DNA of 64,000 nt from Eledone cirrhosa (GCA_964016885.1 CAXHJY010000119.1:5378-69377); one strand, 5' to 3'. Positions 37,958-51,302 are shown, counted from the first letter of the stretch. Program-made: numbers and translations. Notes: generated from the sequence alone by a model not told the origin.

Positions 37958-38975
37958 TTTAAGATTAAAAAAAATATCTCTACATTCACTTCAAATCAGT
38001 TTCTATCTATATCTGTTTCACTCTCTGGATTTCTATTATTCAGTTCCATCTCCTCTCTCTTTCTCTGTTCTTTATCTCATATCTTCGTCATCATCCATAG
38101 TTTCTTCTCTTCCGTCTTACCTTTCCTTTTCATTCGTGTCGCCGACGTCACCGATGCGATCATTCTCAACATTTTTGCCCCTCCTCGATATCGTTTTAGT
38201 TTGCTACACCATCGCTCCCACCCCTCTTTTTTACCCTTGTTCCGCCGCGGCAATCATTCACAGCCATACAGCAGCAGCAACTACAACAACGACAGCAACA
38301 AACAACATGGCCAGACGTCTTTGACCAAGGAAGGGAGTGACTGTTGATGGATAAAAGAGAGTGAAGAGCGAGGCAGCGAGCATGCCTGCTTGTGTTTCGC
38401 TTAAGTCTTCTTACCGGTTCGTCAAGCTTTAACATACACCACAGCCAAATAAAACAGTCGAAAAACACTAAACCCAACTGCACCTTTGCTTTCAATTTCT
38501 TGTCCCTCTCCACTGGGTGGGTATACATACCGCTGATAAGTACCCGTTTTACACCCGACATTAACAACACCTACAAATTCACCGCCCACCGAAAATGTGT
38601 TAATTCATCAACTATTTTTTTACCTACTCATTTTTACTAATCATGCGTCACTTTATCTATCTCATTCGCCTATTTACCTAGCCAACCAACCAGGCATCTG
38701 TCTATCTATTTCTCCATCTATCTATCTAACAGTCTACTTATATATCCACCTACCCAATGTGTGTGTGTGTGTATATATATGCCTTATCTATTGCACGCGT
38801 ATTAGTGACACATTGCCAAGCCGATACCGTCATAATACCTATATGTGTCTGTGTAGCCGCATCAAACAGTAGAAATAATGTCTTCAAATATTTTCTAATG
38901 GGACCTTAATACGTTTTACCTGAAAATACCGGGTACACACACCTAACATTCATTCATTATTCTTTCCTTCACAAC

Positions 38976-39371
38976 GGCGGTGGATTGGCAGTATCAGTAG
39001 AGGGTCGGACGCCATGCTTTCCAGCATAGTTACGTCCCTTTACGATCTGAGTTCAAATCACGCCGAGGTTGACTTTGCCTTTCATCCTTACAGGGTCGAT
39101 AAAATAAAGTACCAGTAATGCACTGAAATAATTGCTGGCCTTGTGCCTAAAGTAGAAACAATTATTCTTTCCTTTCACAGGCGGTGGATTGGCAGTATCG
39201 GTAGACGGTCGGACGCCATGCTTTGCAGCATAGAGTTACGGCCCTTGCCATTCTGAGTTCAAATCCCGCCGAGGTTAACTTTGCCTTTCATCCTTATGGG
39301 GTCAATAAAATAAAGTACCAGTAATGTACTGGGTAATTGCTGGTCTTGTGCCAAAAATAGAAACAATTATT
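38976..39371 (+). mobile_element. Tandem dimer of a tRNA-derived SINE (38976-39166, 39180-39371)
   Basis: ggcggtggattggcagtatc..gagttcaaatc (A/B boxes); attattcttt(t)cctt(t)caca occurs before, between and after the copies. Confidence 0.88.
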
Positions 39372-39557
39372 CTTTCCTTTCACAATATTAATCCACCAAT
39401 CCATGCATTGGCATCTTGCTGAGCAAGACTTGATTCTGAAAATCCTTAGCAGCAATTAACTGTTATATTTCTGTCATTGATTGAGGTAGTATCGGTTATC
39501 TCCCACCTTTGTATATACCAACATGTTTTTCTCTGTACCCATCCGTATATATATACA

Positions 39558-39634
39558 CAGGGTGTCCCCCCAGAATGTATACACACTTTGATCAGAATGC
39601 TGTTGAAGTGTGTATACATTTTTTGGGGACATCA
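39558..39634. mobile_element. Tiny Tc1/mariner-type MITE
   Basis: Imperfect ~30-bp TIRs cagggtgtcccccca-gaatgtatacacactt / aagtgtgtatacattttttggggacatc in TA context. Confidence 0.6.
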
Positions 39635-39771
39635 TATATATATATAGAGAGAGAGAGATGGGAGAGTAAACAAGAGAGGATACCGGGATACTTTTAGAGG
39701 GTCATGTTGCCAATAAAAATACAAGCACCAGTTTCGTTTTACTTCAGTTTTATTATTAGTTAGGTAACTAT

Positions 39772-39995
39772 AGGGTGGTGAATTGGCACTATCAGTAGAG
39801 GGTCGGATACCATGCTTTGCAGCATAGAGTTATGGTTCTTTATGATCCGAGTTCAAATCCCGCCAAGGTTAACTTTACCTTTCATCCTTATGGGGTCAAT
39901 AAAATAAAGTACCAGTCACACACTGGGGTCGATTTAATTGACTTTCCCTTCCCCCAAAATTGCTGGCCTTGTGCCTATGTAAGAAACCATTATTA
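39772..39995 (+). mobile_element. tRNA-derived SINE, CpG-decayed copy
   Basis: Same family as 38976-39371. Confidence 0.82.
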
Positions 39996-40129
39996 GTTAG
40001 GTAATCAATTCCTTAGTTAGTTTAGAAACTGGATGGTTGTTTAGTTATTATATTACCACACAAGTCTGATATAATGGGTTTTATTCAACCAAATGTCTTC
40101 AGATGTTATGTGTATATATGTATAAAGAC

Positions 40130-40420
40130 TGGAGGCAGCATGGCCAAATTTTTGGAAGTTTGCTTCACAATCATTAGGTCTCAGGTTTGATCCCCTTTGT
40201 GTAGCATCTTGAGCAAGTATTGTTTACCATTGCTTTGGGTCAACCTTTGCCTTGTGATTGAAATCGGGTAGATGTAAACTGTTTGGAAACCTGTTGAATG
40301 AACTGTACCTGTAATTCAAAGGGCCAGTCATGTCACACTGAATCTCCCTAAGAATTATATTGACTGCGTGTGTCTGCAGAATGCTCAATCACTTGGGCAT
40401 TAATTTCATGAGCAGGCTGT
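40130..40420 (+). mobile_element. Diverged tRNA-derived SINE
   Basis: ggaggcagcatggcc..ggtttgatccc..cttgagcaag. Confidence 0.55.
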
Positions 40421-40424
40421 TCCA

Positions 40425-40690
40425 GGTAGAGCTATTACTTCTCAGAATTGAGAGAGCACAGCTCTGATACTATGGATATGTGGTTAGAATGTCTCAGGAA
40501 AGAATCGCTGGACAGATTTTACGGGTAAAACCAACCAGCAGGAGACCAAAGGGCAGACCCGAGCAAGATGGTTGGATAACATCCATGAGCTTGGCTGGTC
40601 TCACTTGGGGATCCAGCGGGATCAATTGGAGATGGTTGCTTCTGACAGGACCTGCTGGAAGGAGTGTTTGAGGACTCTGGCCCCAGGACT
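40425..40690 (+). mobile_element. RTE-like LINE C-terminal fragment
   Basis: LLLLRIERAQL*YYGYVVRMSQERI..RRPKGRP. Confidence 0.65.
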
Positions 40691-40844
40691 CTCTCAGGAA
40701 TAAGTGGGCGAAGAAGTCTGTTCCATTGAGTGAACAACAGAAACACATCGCTGAAACTGATGGAGGTTCATTCTTGTATAAAAGTCTAAAATCTAGAGGC
40801 TCATTAGGCAGTACTTATTTCTGTTTCCATCAATTACTGCTGCT

Positions 40845-40990
40845 ACTCATTTTCAGCTGAGTATACTAGAGCAATGTGATATGAAGTGTTTTGCTCAAGA
40901 AAACAACACACAACTTGGTCTAGGAATCAACCCTATGACATTACGATCATAAGTCCCAAACTCTAACCACTAGTCTACATGTCTTCACTT
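40845..40990 (-). mobile_element. Diverged SINE (family of 59927-60070)
   Basis: ctcattttcagctgagta..gagcaatgtga..ttgctcaag..ctctaaccact. Confidence 0.65.
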
Positions 40991-41239
40991 TGAATGAGCT
41001 TATGCTTAATTCTTGTATAAAAAGCCAGATACAAATTGTAAGGCTAGATCAGAGGTGGGCCTGTTCACATGGGCCTGCTCTTTTGAATGGATGGGATGCA
41101 CCTCATCTTCTAATTCTTTTTTTCCTGTTTTTGTAGTACTCATCATGTACATGTATATACCTATGACTTATACAGAAATCATATGTATTTAACACTGAGT
41201 ATCAAAATACTTAATGAACAGTTTAGAATAATGCCTACA

Positions 41240-41550
41240 TTTCACACATCCTGGAACGACTACCAGCTTTGGTGGGCCTACATTTTACAGCCTACTTTGG
41301 CTTATTACCAGCTTTGGACGGCGTGCATATTACTAGCGTTGGACGGGCCTGCATTTTACATCCAGCTTGCGCATATTACTTGCTTTGGATGGGCCTACAT
41401 CTTACACCCAGCTTGGGCCATTACTGTGGATGGGCCTATTTCTTGCTTTGGATAGGTCTACATTTCACATCCAGTTTGGGCCAAATACCAGCTTGGGGGT
41501 GGTAGTGGGCCAATCATCAACTTTAGTTGGGTCTATTACAAGCTTTTTAC
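41240..41550. repeat. Degenerate minisatellite (gggcctacattttacatccagcttgg..attac..gctttggat)
   Basis: Recurring ~20-45-bp motifs. Confidence 0.65.
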
Positions 41551-42530
41551 AAGCCAGCAAATAGTTGAAACATTGGAATATATATTGTGCCACACAGAAC
41601 AAAATCTTGGAGGGAGATGAAGAGTGAAAGCGAAAGAGAGAACTGTTTTATCCTTAGGGGACATTAAATTTATTCCATTGTTCTAGTGGCATCAGAGTCT
41701 ATTGTTTTCTTCTTCCTCTCAGATCTGCAACTCTTAATTGAGTCGTGGGGGCTTTGTAGTGACATACAGCGTTCTTGGGCATTTTTCAAACTTGATGGAG
41801 CCCATCTCTTCTCCAGGTATGAACACTGCTGATTTCTTCCAGAGAAGGAGAGAGAGTGATAGATAGGCAGTGAGAAAGATGTATAGAGGAGGAATCGAAC
41901 CAGTACCGGACTGGTACATTTCTTGCCAACCCCAAAAGTATGACAAGTAATGTTGACCTTGGCCGGATTTGAAATCAAAGTGAAGATAGCTGGAATGAAT
42001 ACTGCAAAGCATTTCATTTGTCATTCTAACAGCTCTGACACTTCACTGCCATCTATTGTTTTACTGGGCCTTAATTCAGCAGATCTGTTTATGATTAAAG
42101 ACTTTCAATCTTTTTTCACTTTTCAGACATAGTGCTACACCCCTTATTATATTGTTTTGATTTTCTTATGAATACAGCATAGGATGCCAATATGAGCAAC
42201 AGTAGCATCATCTCAGACGTGGGAACAGTTGCCTACATTGTCGTACTCAACTGAGTTCTCTAGATGGTCATTAGCTGGTAGGAGTTAAACAATTTTCTGA
42301 CCTTGAAGAGAAGAGATATTTGTGGGATGCAATATTAACTATTTTGAGAATGTGTGTTCTCCATTAGAGATTGTCAATGAAATTTAATGTATATTTTATA
42401 TATGTAACCCATACAAGTATGGAAAATGGATGTAAAAACAATGTTGTTGATGATTATATATATATATATATATATATACCCATGCTAGCGGGAAAATGGA
42501 CATTAAACGTTCTTAATAATGATATATATA

Positions 42531-44930
42531 TCATCATCATCATCATTTGACGTCCATTTTCCACACTAGCATCGGTAGCAGAGACAGTCCCTTTGTGAGA
42601 GAGCAGGTCAGAGGACTTTGATTTGCATACACAGAATTGATTTTGGCTTGTTTTCTACAGCTGGATGCCCTTCCTAATGCTAACCACATTTAGAGTGTGT
42701 ATACCTACATGACCACTTTAGTGTGTGCTGGTTGGTTGCTTTTTGTCGTGTCACCATCATGACCATTTTACAGTGTGGGCTGGGCGCTTTTTGTTATGAC
42801 ACATACTCAACCACTTTACAGAGTGAACTGGGCACTTTTTGTCATGATATCTACATGACAACTATACAGTGAGGGCAGGGTGTTTTTGTCGTGACACCTA
42901 CACAACCACTTTACAGAGTGGACTGCACGCTTTTGTTGTGACACCTACACAGCCACTTTACAGTGAGGGCTGGGCATTTAATTTTGAGGCTCCAGGGAGT
43001 CAACTTTATGGTGAGGGTGGGTGAGGATTAGGGACTTGGATGGGGTGGAGAAGAAGCCTGAGGAATTGGAGACATAGGTATAGGGGTGGGATGATTACAG
43101 CAAGGGAGATGGTAGGGAAAGGTGTTGCCTACTAAATATATGCCTCAGCTCAAGCATGTTGGAAGGCGTGTCTTCTGTAATACTGAATAGCGCCAGAGAA
43201 CACGGTTCTGTGTCATTGCCTTAGCGAAGTGTAATTGTGCAAGGCCAGCTTTTATTACCTCATCCCAAGTCTTCCTAGGCCTGCCCACTCCAAGGCTACC
43301 ATCAACTATGAGCACTCTGCACTTTTTTATATTACTGTCATCCTTCATATGCATCACATGTCCATACCAATGCAATCTCCTCTCCTGCACACTGCATCTT
43401 ATCTCTCTTATGCCTAATTTCTCTCGCAGTTCATTTATGCTTCGCCGTTCACTTATATTACTATTGCACATCCATTGAAGCATGGAGGCTTCATTCCTTT
43501 CCAATCTTCACAGGTCCTCTGTGCACAGTGCCCATGCCTCACTGTCATGCAACATTGCTGTTCGTTATAGTCATTGTTTCTTCGCTATAGTCATTAATAA
43601 TTCTGACTTTGCTGATTGTTCTTTTATGCATGGCTTGTACTGCCCTCACAAGAAACCCATCTACTCCTAGTTTTCTAAGAACCCACCAGATAATGGAATG
43701 GGAAATCTGTCAAAAGCTTTCTCCAAGTCAACAAAAACCAAGTAGAGTGGTATACTCCTAGCTAGGTACTTCTCCTGCAGTAGTCTTACAAGGAAGTGGG
43801 CATCTGTGGTACTTTTACTTGGCACAAATTCAAACTGCATCTCATCTAGGTTAACTCGTTCCTTAATCAGCTGAGCTATGACTCTTTCAGTGACCGTCAT
43901 AACCTGGTCAACCAACTGAATGTCCCTGTAGTTTTCTCTATTTAGAGCATCGCCTTTGCCCTTGTAGCAGTTGACAATGATGCTGCTACGCCAGTGATTG
44001 GGTATGACACCATTTTGTATAACTTGGTTAACAATGCAGGAGACTATGGTGTGGCTCACCATTCCTGATGCTTTCAGCATCTCAGCTGCCCTGCTTGACT
44101 TCATATCGTTGATTGCCTTACTTACTATTCTACTGCTGACTTATACAGCCGGTCCCTCTGTTGGGTCAACATGTGACAAACTTTCTTCTTCCCATGCATT
44201 CTCCTTTCCATTCTACCTTCTTTTCAGCGTCAGTGAGGGCAAGTTTGCCAAAATCATTTTGTACACACTTCTCCCCACTGACATCACAATTTACCCTGAC
44301 ACATTGTCTTGCGATCCTTAACACGTCATGCTTTTGATCATCATGCTGAAAAACATGCTTAATTTTTTTTGTTTTCTGCTTCCCTTCTTGCAATGTAAAC
44401 TCGACGCCTAGCTTCTCCCCTAGCCTTCTGGTAGGCTTCTCTGCTACCCCCATTTCACCATTCCTTCCAAGCCTGTCTTTTGGCCTTAATTGTATCATCT
44501 ACCTTACTATTCCACCACCAAGTAAGTCACTCTCCGTTTCCCTAGAGACCTACTCCAACCACAGGTTTCATCTGTCACCCTCAGTAGGTTTTCTTTTAGG
44601 AACTCCCACTGCTCCTCTATAATGTATGTCTCTATGTGCTCTTCCTTACTGTCAAAGGCATCAGTGAATATACTTCTGAATTTGTTGTTGTTTGATGGGT
44701 CTTTTAACCGCCATACTCTGGTTGTCTTCTGTTGCCGAGTTCTTCTAGCCCTGATTACAAGGTCGCTAACTTCTAAGTTATGTTGGGAGATGCATTTTTC
44801 ACTAGGGAGGGACTTTGTGTTCCTAATGGTTACTGTCTTACCTTCTGGTAAGAATGAAATCTATTTGGTTAGCATGCACACCTGATCTATAGGTGATTAA
44901 GTGGATGTCTCGTTTTTTGATGTTCGCGTT
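42531..44930 (-). mobile_element. Degraded, internally deleted RTE-clade LINE; 3' UTR with ~44-bp tandem repeats (42690-42980) and (GAT)n tail
   Basis: YKGKGDAL..NYR, QEKY..LYLVFVDLEKAFD, ERNEASMLQWM, RRLHWYGHV, GRPRKTW; APE remnant NQIDFIL. Confidence 0.9.
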
Positions 44931-44932
44931 AC

Positions 44933-44979
<47 letters not shown>

Positions 44980-45014
44980 GTATGTATATATGATACAATA
45001 TATATATATATATG

Positions 45015-45410
45015 TGCAGGAGAGGGAGATTGCGTTGGTATGGACATATGTTGCGTATGAAGGATGACAACTGCATAAAAAAGTGCAGAGAGCTTAGTCG
45101 TTGGAAGCCTTGGAGTGGGGAGACCCAGGAAGACCTGGGATGAGGTGAAAAAAGCCGACCTTGCCCAATTGCACCTCTCAGAGGAGATAACACATGACCG
45201 GGATCTCTGGCGATATGCAGTAATACAGAAGACCCAACTTCCCATGAACAGAAGCTGAAGCATATGTACAGTATCCCACGCCCCCAACAACCCAGCCCAC
45301 ACTGTAAAGTGGACATGTAAAAGAAACGGCAAAAAGCGGCGCACACTGTAAAGTGGACACGGCAAAAAGCATCCAGCCCACAATGTAAATGTTGTTGGCA
45401 TTAGGAAGGT
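45015..45410 (+). mobile_element. RTE LINE 3' fragment
   Basis: [21 protein letters not shown]; similar to 53455-53850. Confidence 0.85.
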
Positions 45411-46279
45411 AATAATATAATGTCACATCATCTATATGTCTTTCTCCTCATTTGGGTCCGTATATATAAATGGAAGCAATAATCAAAAATAAAAAAAAAA
45501 GTAAAATGGAGTACAATAACATGCAGTTATATCAATAAAAGAATAAAATGTTGTTAACGGTGCACATATATAAATAAATTAAGTTCAACTTTTGGGGTGA
45601 CATGCTTCAGACAATCTTAACTATAATAAAGAAAGGAGTGCGGGATTGTGTCCAGAATATATTTTTTTACCCCATTTGTAAAATAAGTTGGATTACTTTG
45701 AATAAATAATGAATGAATATTACATAATTTATGTGCTAAATTTTGTGGCAGTTGATTAAATATATTTTATAACTTATTTAAAGACCTTTAAAATTTTCAA
45801 ATGTCAACACTTCCGGTTAGCGGCTGTTATATTATAACACTTATAAAAATATTGCATATATTTCCGTCGCTAATTTTCTCCTAATGCAGTTTATATATAA
45901 TATCGTCTTTTTTTAAATGTATCATGGATTACGTTACTGATTACAGAAGACAGTGTAACATACATAGACTTTGTTCAATTTCTGTGTATATTGTCAATTA
46001 CAATTTTATTTGATGTATCATATCTCCATGCATATATATTTGTGTATAATATCAATATACACACTACACATGCTAGCAGAAAAACCACCCGACGGACGGT
46101 TTTCTGCTAGTATACCCTAATATTCATATTAATATATATATTCTTATATATTCTGTTACTATGTCGTCTATAATTGGGGGTGTGATTCGACAGATAGACA
46201 CGGCCTGAGGTCCATGAGGTAAACCAAAGGAGGGATGCATGAACACGTCGCTCTATAGTGCTCACTCTACTATTATCCG

Positions 46280-46480
46280 GGAATTCCAGTGCAAAAAAGG
46301 TGCAATTCCATTGATGCCTGCATACTATGATAACTTCAGATTTTAGGTTGACTGCATTATCCTTTAATCTGACTATCTCCATGGATTCTGTCAGACATAG
46401 TCTACATAGTCCTTCACCGGTGGAATATGCAACCACACGTTGTACTACACTCCAGTAGAACTTGTACGCTGTGCCACTAT
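46280..46480 (-). pseudogene. PLE GIY-YIG C-terminal remnant
   Basis: FYWSVVQRVVAYSTGEGLCRLCLTE..VNLKSEVIIVCRH; same motif as 8101-8486. Confidence 0.65.
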
Positions 46481-46712
46481 CTTTCAGACCCCTATCGGTG
46501 GTATAGGAACAGTAAATATAGTAGTAAGTGACGTCTGAACGCGCACGACAGCTTGACTGGAGGATAGACAAACGCCACCCAGAGAATAGCATGATGATGA
46601 TAATGGGATAATTGAACCAATGAAAAGGCCGAAATAACAGGATGATAATATGTGCTGTAGATAATAGTTGAAGTGTTTCAACAAACAGAATCGGAGACGA
46701 ACTAATATACCA

Positions 46713-46806
46713 AACATATCTGATGAACTTTTGATTACAGAATCAGGTTCGATCTGTAATAGATCTTGCCTCGAGCTAATTGATAGAGGAACATATGTAA
46801 TATGTT
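46713..46806 (+). ncRNA. Hammerhead-like motif with long stem II (GAAA reads GGAA)
   Basis: aacatat-CTGATGA-..-GGAA-CATATG-TA-atatgtt; perfect 7-bp stem I and palindromic stem III. Confidence 0.55.
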
Positions 46807-46990
46807 ATTAAATATATGATATGATATGCAACACTGAATCCTCGTTCTTTATCGTTATATTATATTTTGCTCTGCGCGAGCATCGAGTGTTCAACTGGCA
46901 TACCGCCTACGGACACATTTATCTTGCAACCTTAGAATAATATATATATATATAACGTATATATGTCTGTATATCTATCTGTCTATATAT

Positions 46991-47021
<31 letters not shown>

Positions 47022-47076
47022 GAGTAGTAATAATAAATGTGAAGACTAAAATCCAAAGAGGGCTCGATAAGGATAA

Positions 47077-50010
47077 TCATCATCATCATCATCATCATTA
47101 TCATACGTCCGCTTTTCCTTGCTTGCAAGGGTGGGACAGGTCTTATTCAGCACAGCATCTCTCCACTTGTCACGGTCTTTTGTCATCTCCTCCGTGAGCT
47201 TCAGCGATCTGAGGATTTGTCCTCACCACCTCCACCCATGTCTTTCTTGGTCTTCCTCTACTGCGTCTTCCTTCTACTGGGATTTCTTGGCAATTCTTTA
47301 CTCAGTGGTCATCCTCCATGCGCATCACATGCCCATACCATCGCAGTCTTCTCTCCTGCACACTACAACTTATCCCTCTTATACATAGTTTCTCTCTCAA
47401 CTCATCCATGCTTGGTCGTTCATGCACATTAACATTACTCATCCAACGGAGCATGCTTGCTTCATTTCTCTCTGCAGTTACTGCCCATGTCTCACTACCA
47501 TGCAGCATCGCGCATCTCACACATTCATCATATAACCGTCCTTTCGTACGCAGGGAGAAACCCTTCTTTGTCAACAGAGGAAGCAGCCCCCTAAACTTCT
47601 TCCAACCCGTCCTTATTCTAGATACTATGGCCTCGGAACACCCCCCTGTACATCTACTGCATAGGTAGTTTTCCCTACCTGTTAGTTTGCCTGCTATCTC
47701 ACTACATCTCTTGTGTACCCCAGATCTGCATTACGTACATTTTATGGAATTTATTCCAGTTCCTTTCCTACATATCGAACATGGCCATTTCCCTGATGGA
47801 ATCAGAGTATTGTCCTCTCTTCTACTTATCAACACTTTTGTCTTAGCTATGTTCACTCTCAGACCTCTTGATTCCAACTGCTGTTTCCATAGCCAGAATT
47901 TCTTCTCAAGCTCCTCTACTGATTCTGCTATAAGAACCAGATCATCAGCATAGAGAAGTTCCCATGGGCATCCAGTCTTAAACTCCTCTGTTATGGCTTG
48001 GAGGACTATAATGAACAAGAGTGGGCTGAGGACTGAAACCTGATGCACACCTACTTGTATCTGAAAATCCTCATTAAACTCCATGCCTACTCTCACTTTA
48101 CTGACAGCACCCCTGTACATAGCTTGCACTGTCCTCACAAGCCATTCCTCTACACCTAGTTTCCTTAGGGACCACCAGATAACAGATCGGGCTACCCTCT
48201 CAAAGGCCTTCTCTAGGTCAACAAAAGCTAAGTATAGTGGCTTATTCTTCTCTAACAACTTCTCTTGTAGTTGCCTCACTAAGAAGAGGGCATCTGTTGT
48301 ACTTTTCCCAGGCACAAAACCAAACTGCATCTCATCTAATTTGATCCTTTTTCTAATCAGTTGTGCTAATATTCGCTCTGCTACTTTCATAACCTGATCC
48401 ATCAGCTTTCTGCCCCTATAATTGCTCCACTCTAGAACATCCCCATTACCTTTGTAGCAATTTATGAGAATACTGCTGCACCAGTCTTTGAGTATGACAC
48501 CACCATATATAGCTTGATTGATGATGCGTGCAACCAGTTTAGTGCCTACTTCTCCTGATGCCTTCAGCATCTCAGCAACTATCCCCGACGCTCCAGCAGC
48601 CTTACCATTCTTCATTTCCTTAATTGCCTCTTGTACCCTATATTCGTCAATCTCAATAGCTGGTCCCTCTGTTGGGTCTACTGGGGGTAATTTCTCTTTG
48701 TCCCATTTGTTCTCCACATTCATCAGTCTCTCATAGTGACATTTCCAGGGCCTCCTTTTTTTGATCATTCTTCCGGACACACTTATCTCCAACAACATCC
48801 TGATTTGCAATGACACACTGCCTTGCAATGCAGAGCACCGCATGTCTCTGATCTTCCCGTTGCAGAACATTGGCAAACCTACTGTCGGCCTCCCTGCGTG
48901 CTAAGTACACCTGACGTCTAGCTTATCTCTTAGCGGCTGTGTATTTTTCCCTACTCCCACCATTTTTCCAAGCCTTCCATGCCACTCTTTTGTCTCTACT
49001 GGCCCTCTCTACCGTGCTGTTCCACCACCAGGTCACTCTCTGTCTAGTTGGAGCTCTGCCCAAACCACAAGTTTCTTCAGTAGCCTGCAGTAAGTTGTCA
49101 CGGAAGAAATTCCAGTTATCATCTATGTCATACAAATCTAAATCGTCTTCTTTTTCGTCATACACGTCTTGAAGGGCTTTGCTAAATTTATATTTTAATG
49201 AAAGGTCTTTTAGCTTCCAGACCTTTCTTTTCCACACCTTCCTGTATGTCTCATTCTTTCTCATGCTTACTGAGATGTCACTAACGACTAAACTATGCTG
49301 TGGGGTACATTCTTCCCCAGGGTATGCCTTAGTATTTGACACCATCTGTCTGTCTCGCTGTCTAACTAGCAGGAAGTCAATCTGGCTTATGTGCTCGCCC
49401 GATTTGTAGGTTATTAGGTGGTTGGTAGGCTTCTGGAAGTTAGTGTTGCAAATGGTTAGTGCATTTGCATCACAAAATTCAAGAAGCCTGACTCCTTCTT
49501 CATTTCTTGAGCCGTAACCGTGCCCACCATGTACTCCAGTGTATCCATCCTGGAGCTGTCCAACATGTCCATTGAAGTCCCCTGCTAACATAATGATGTC
49601 TCTGTCCTCTGTCATTGAGGCTGTTTGTAAAAGTTGCTCGTAAAAGCAGTCTTTCTCTTCTTTACCCAGGCCTACCTGGGGAGCATAGACAGAGATGATT
49701 GTCAGAAGTCTCTTGCCTACAACTAATCTGAGCTTATTTATTCTATCACTAACTCTAACTACCTCTTTTGTCTTATTGATCCATCTCTCAACCAGTAATA
49801 TGCCCACCCCACCTAACCCATCATCATTACCCGCCCAGAAAAGCTTATAACTACGATGTTTGCCTGCGATTAGTCTTGCAGAGGCACCTCTCAATCTCAC
49901 CTCTTGCACACATCCACATGCCTTCTCTCCAGCATCTCTATCTCACCAGATCTACCTGTTAGAGTGCCAACATTAAGTGTGGCAACTCTGAGATGCGACG
50001 CCTGATTCCT
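47077..50010 (-). mobile_element. Near full-length, frameshifted RTE-clade LINE (APE + RT)
   Basis: ATLNVGTL, QEVR, SVYAPQ, GDFNGHVG, QIDF; FVDLEKAF, GVHQVSVLSP, LYADD; (GAT)n tail. Confidence 0.95.
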
Positions 50011-50279
50011 TTTTCTGTTGTGCGATTGATTGATGACGGTCGTGGGGTTGTCACACATGGCCTCACTAGCCACCCCACTACCGTGCACAGCCCTAACATG
50101 GTTAGTGTTATTGCTGTTTACGTATTTGTTTTTGTGCGATTGCTTGATGAGTGCGGGGGTTCTCGCACATGGCCGCACCAGCCACCCCACTATCATGTGC
50201 AGCTCTAAAATGGTTAGTGTTATTGCTGTTTACGCAGTTGTTGCAAATTTCATTCATTGCGTTCATAGTGTTTGGCAGT

Positions 50280-50645
50280 AGTATATATACTGGTTGGATG
50301 CCCTTCCTAGCCCCAGCACCACTTTACAGCATGGACTGGGTGCTTTTATTTGTGCCACCAGCACTAGAGAGTTTGTCTTACTAGACTCAGGGGCTCTCTT
50401 TACTCCTCCATTTTACAGCATGGACTGGGTGCTTTTATTCGTGCCACCAGCACTAGGAAGTTGTCTTACTGGACTTAGGGGACTTCTCTACCCCACACCA
50501 ATTTATTTGGAGAGGTAGCTCTCCTAGACGGGTTGCATACACTACAGCTTACGGAGCCTCCATCCACCCCTTTTCTGCCTGATTATATATATATATATAT
50601 CATCATCATCATCGTTTAACGTCCATGTTCCACGCTTGCATGGGT
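50280..50645 (-). mobile_element. RTE 3' UTR/tail fragments
   Basis: ggatgcccttcct..ccactttacag motifs and (CAT)n gtttaacgtcc tail shared with other copies. Confidence 0.6.
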
Positions 50646-50672
50646 TATATATATATATATATATATATCTGT

Positions 50673-51215
50673 ATAAAATATTAAACAAATAATGAATAAA
50701 CAATTCCTTATATTAAACAAAAAAAGTTCATTATTTAACGATCGTTTCTAGGGTATATATGTGTTATAATTGGTATGCATATTCAACAGATCTATGTACA
50801 AAATTATACAAAATTATACAAATTATCAAGATTAAATATACATACCTAACACATATATACGCCGTCTTCAGAAATTATTTCTGAAGACGGCGTATATATG
50901 TGTTAGGTATGTATATTTAATCTTGATAATTTGTATAATTTTGTATAATTTTGTACATAGATCTGTTGAATATGCATACCAATTATAACACATATATACC
51001 CTAGAAACGATCGTTAAATAATGAACTTTTTTTGTTTAATATAAGGAATTGTTTATTCATTATTTGTTTAATATTTTATCTTGACTCTGTATACCGTTTA
51101 TCTTTCACCGAAAGTGGATTTTCATTACATCTCTTCTTTCCATGATATCCGAAATACATTGAGTTCTTCATACGGATTGGACACTACCGTAAACTCTTGG
51201 TAGATTTATCTACAT
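50673..51215 (+). mobile_element. PLE 3'-end remnant forming a perfect palindrome (203-bp arms, centre 50876) plus ~135-nt tail; long-stem-II HHR at 50874-51022
   Basis: Homologous to 4485-4821; ..gccgtcttcagaaat-t-atttctgaagacggc.. Confidence 0.88.
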
Positions 51216-51254
51216 ATATCTGTATATATATATATATATATATATCTGTGTATA

Positions 51255-51295
<41 letters not shown>

Positions 51296-51302
51296 GTGTA
51301 TA

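Larger units (their letters stand above)
35190..38600. promoter_or_regulatory. CpG-rich unique region, putative promoter / first-exon zone
   Basis: ACTTCCG (ETS) ~35245, TGACGTCA (CRE) 36536-36543, CGCCATGTT (YY1-like) ~37666, donor-like AAG/GTAGGT at 37710; no recognisable protein. Confidence 0.35.

Noticed and set aside
37955-38640. ORFs of 82-130 aa as host exons
   Set aside because: No recognisable domain, low-complexity composition, no consistent splice-site pair
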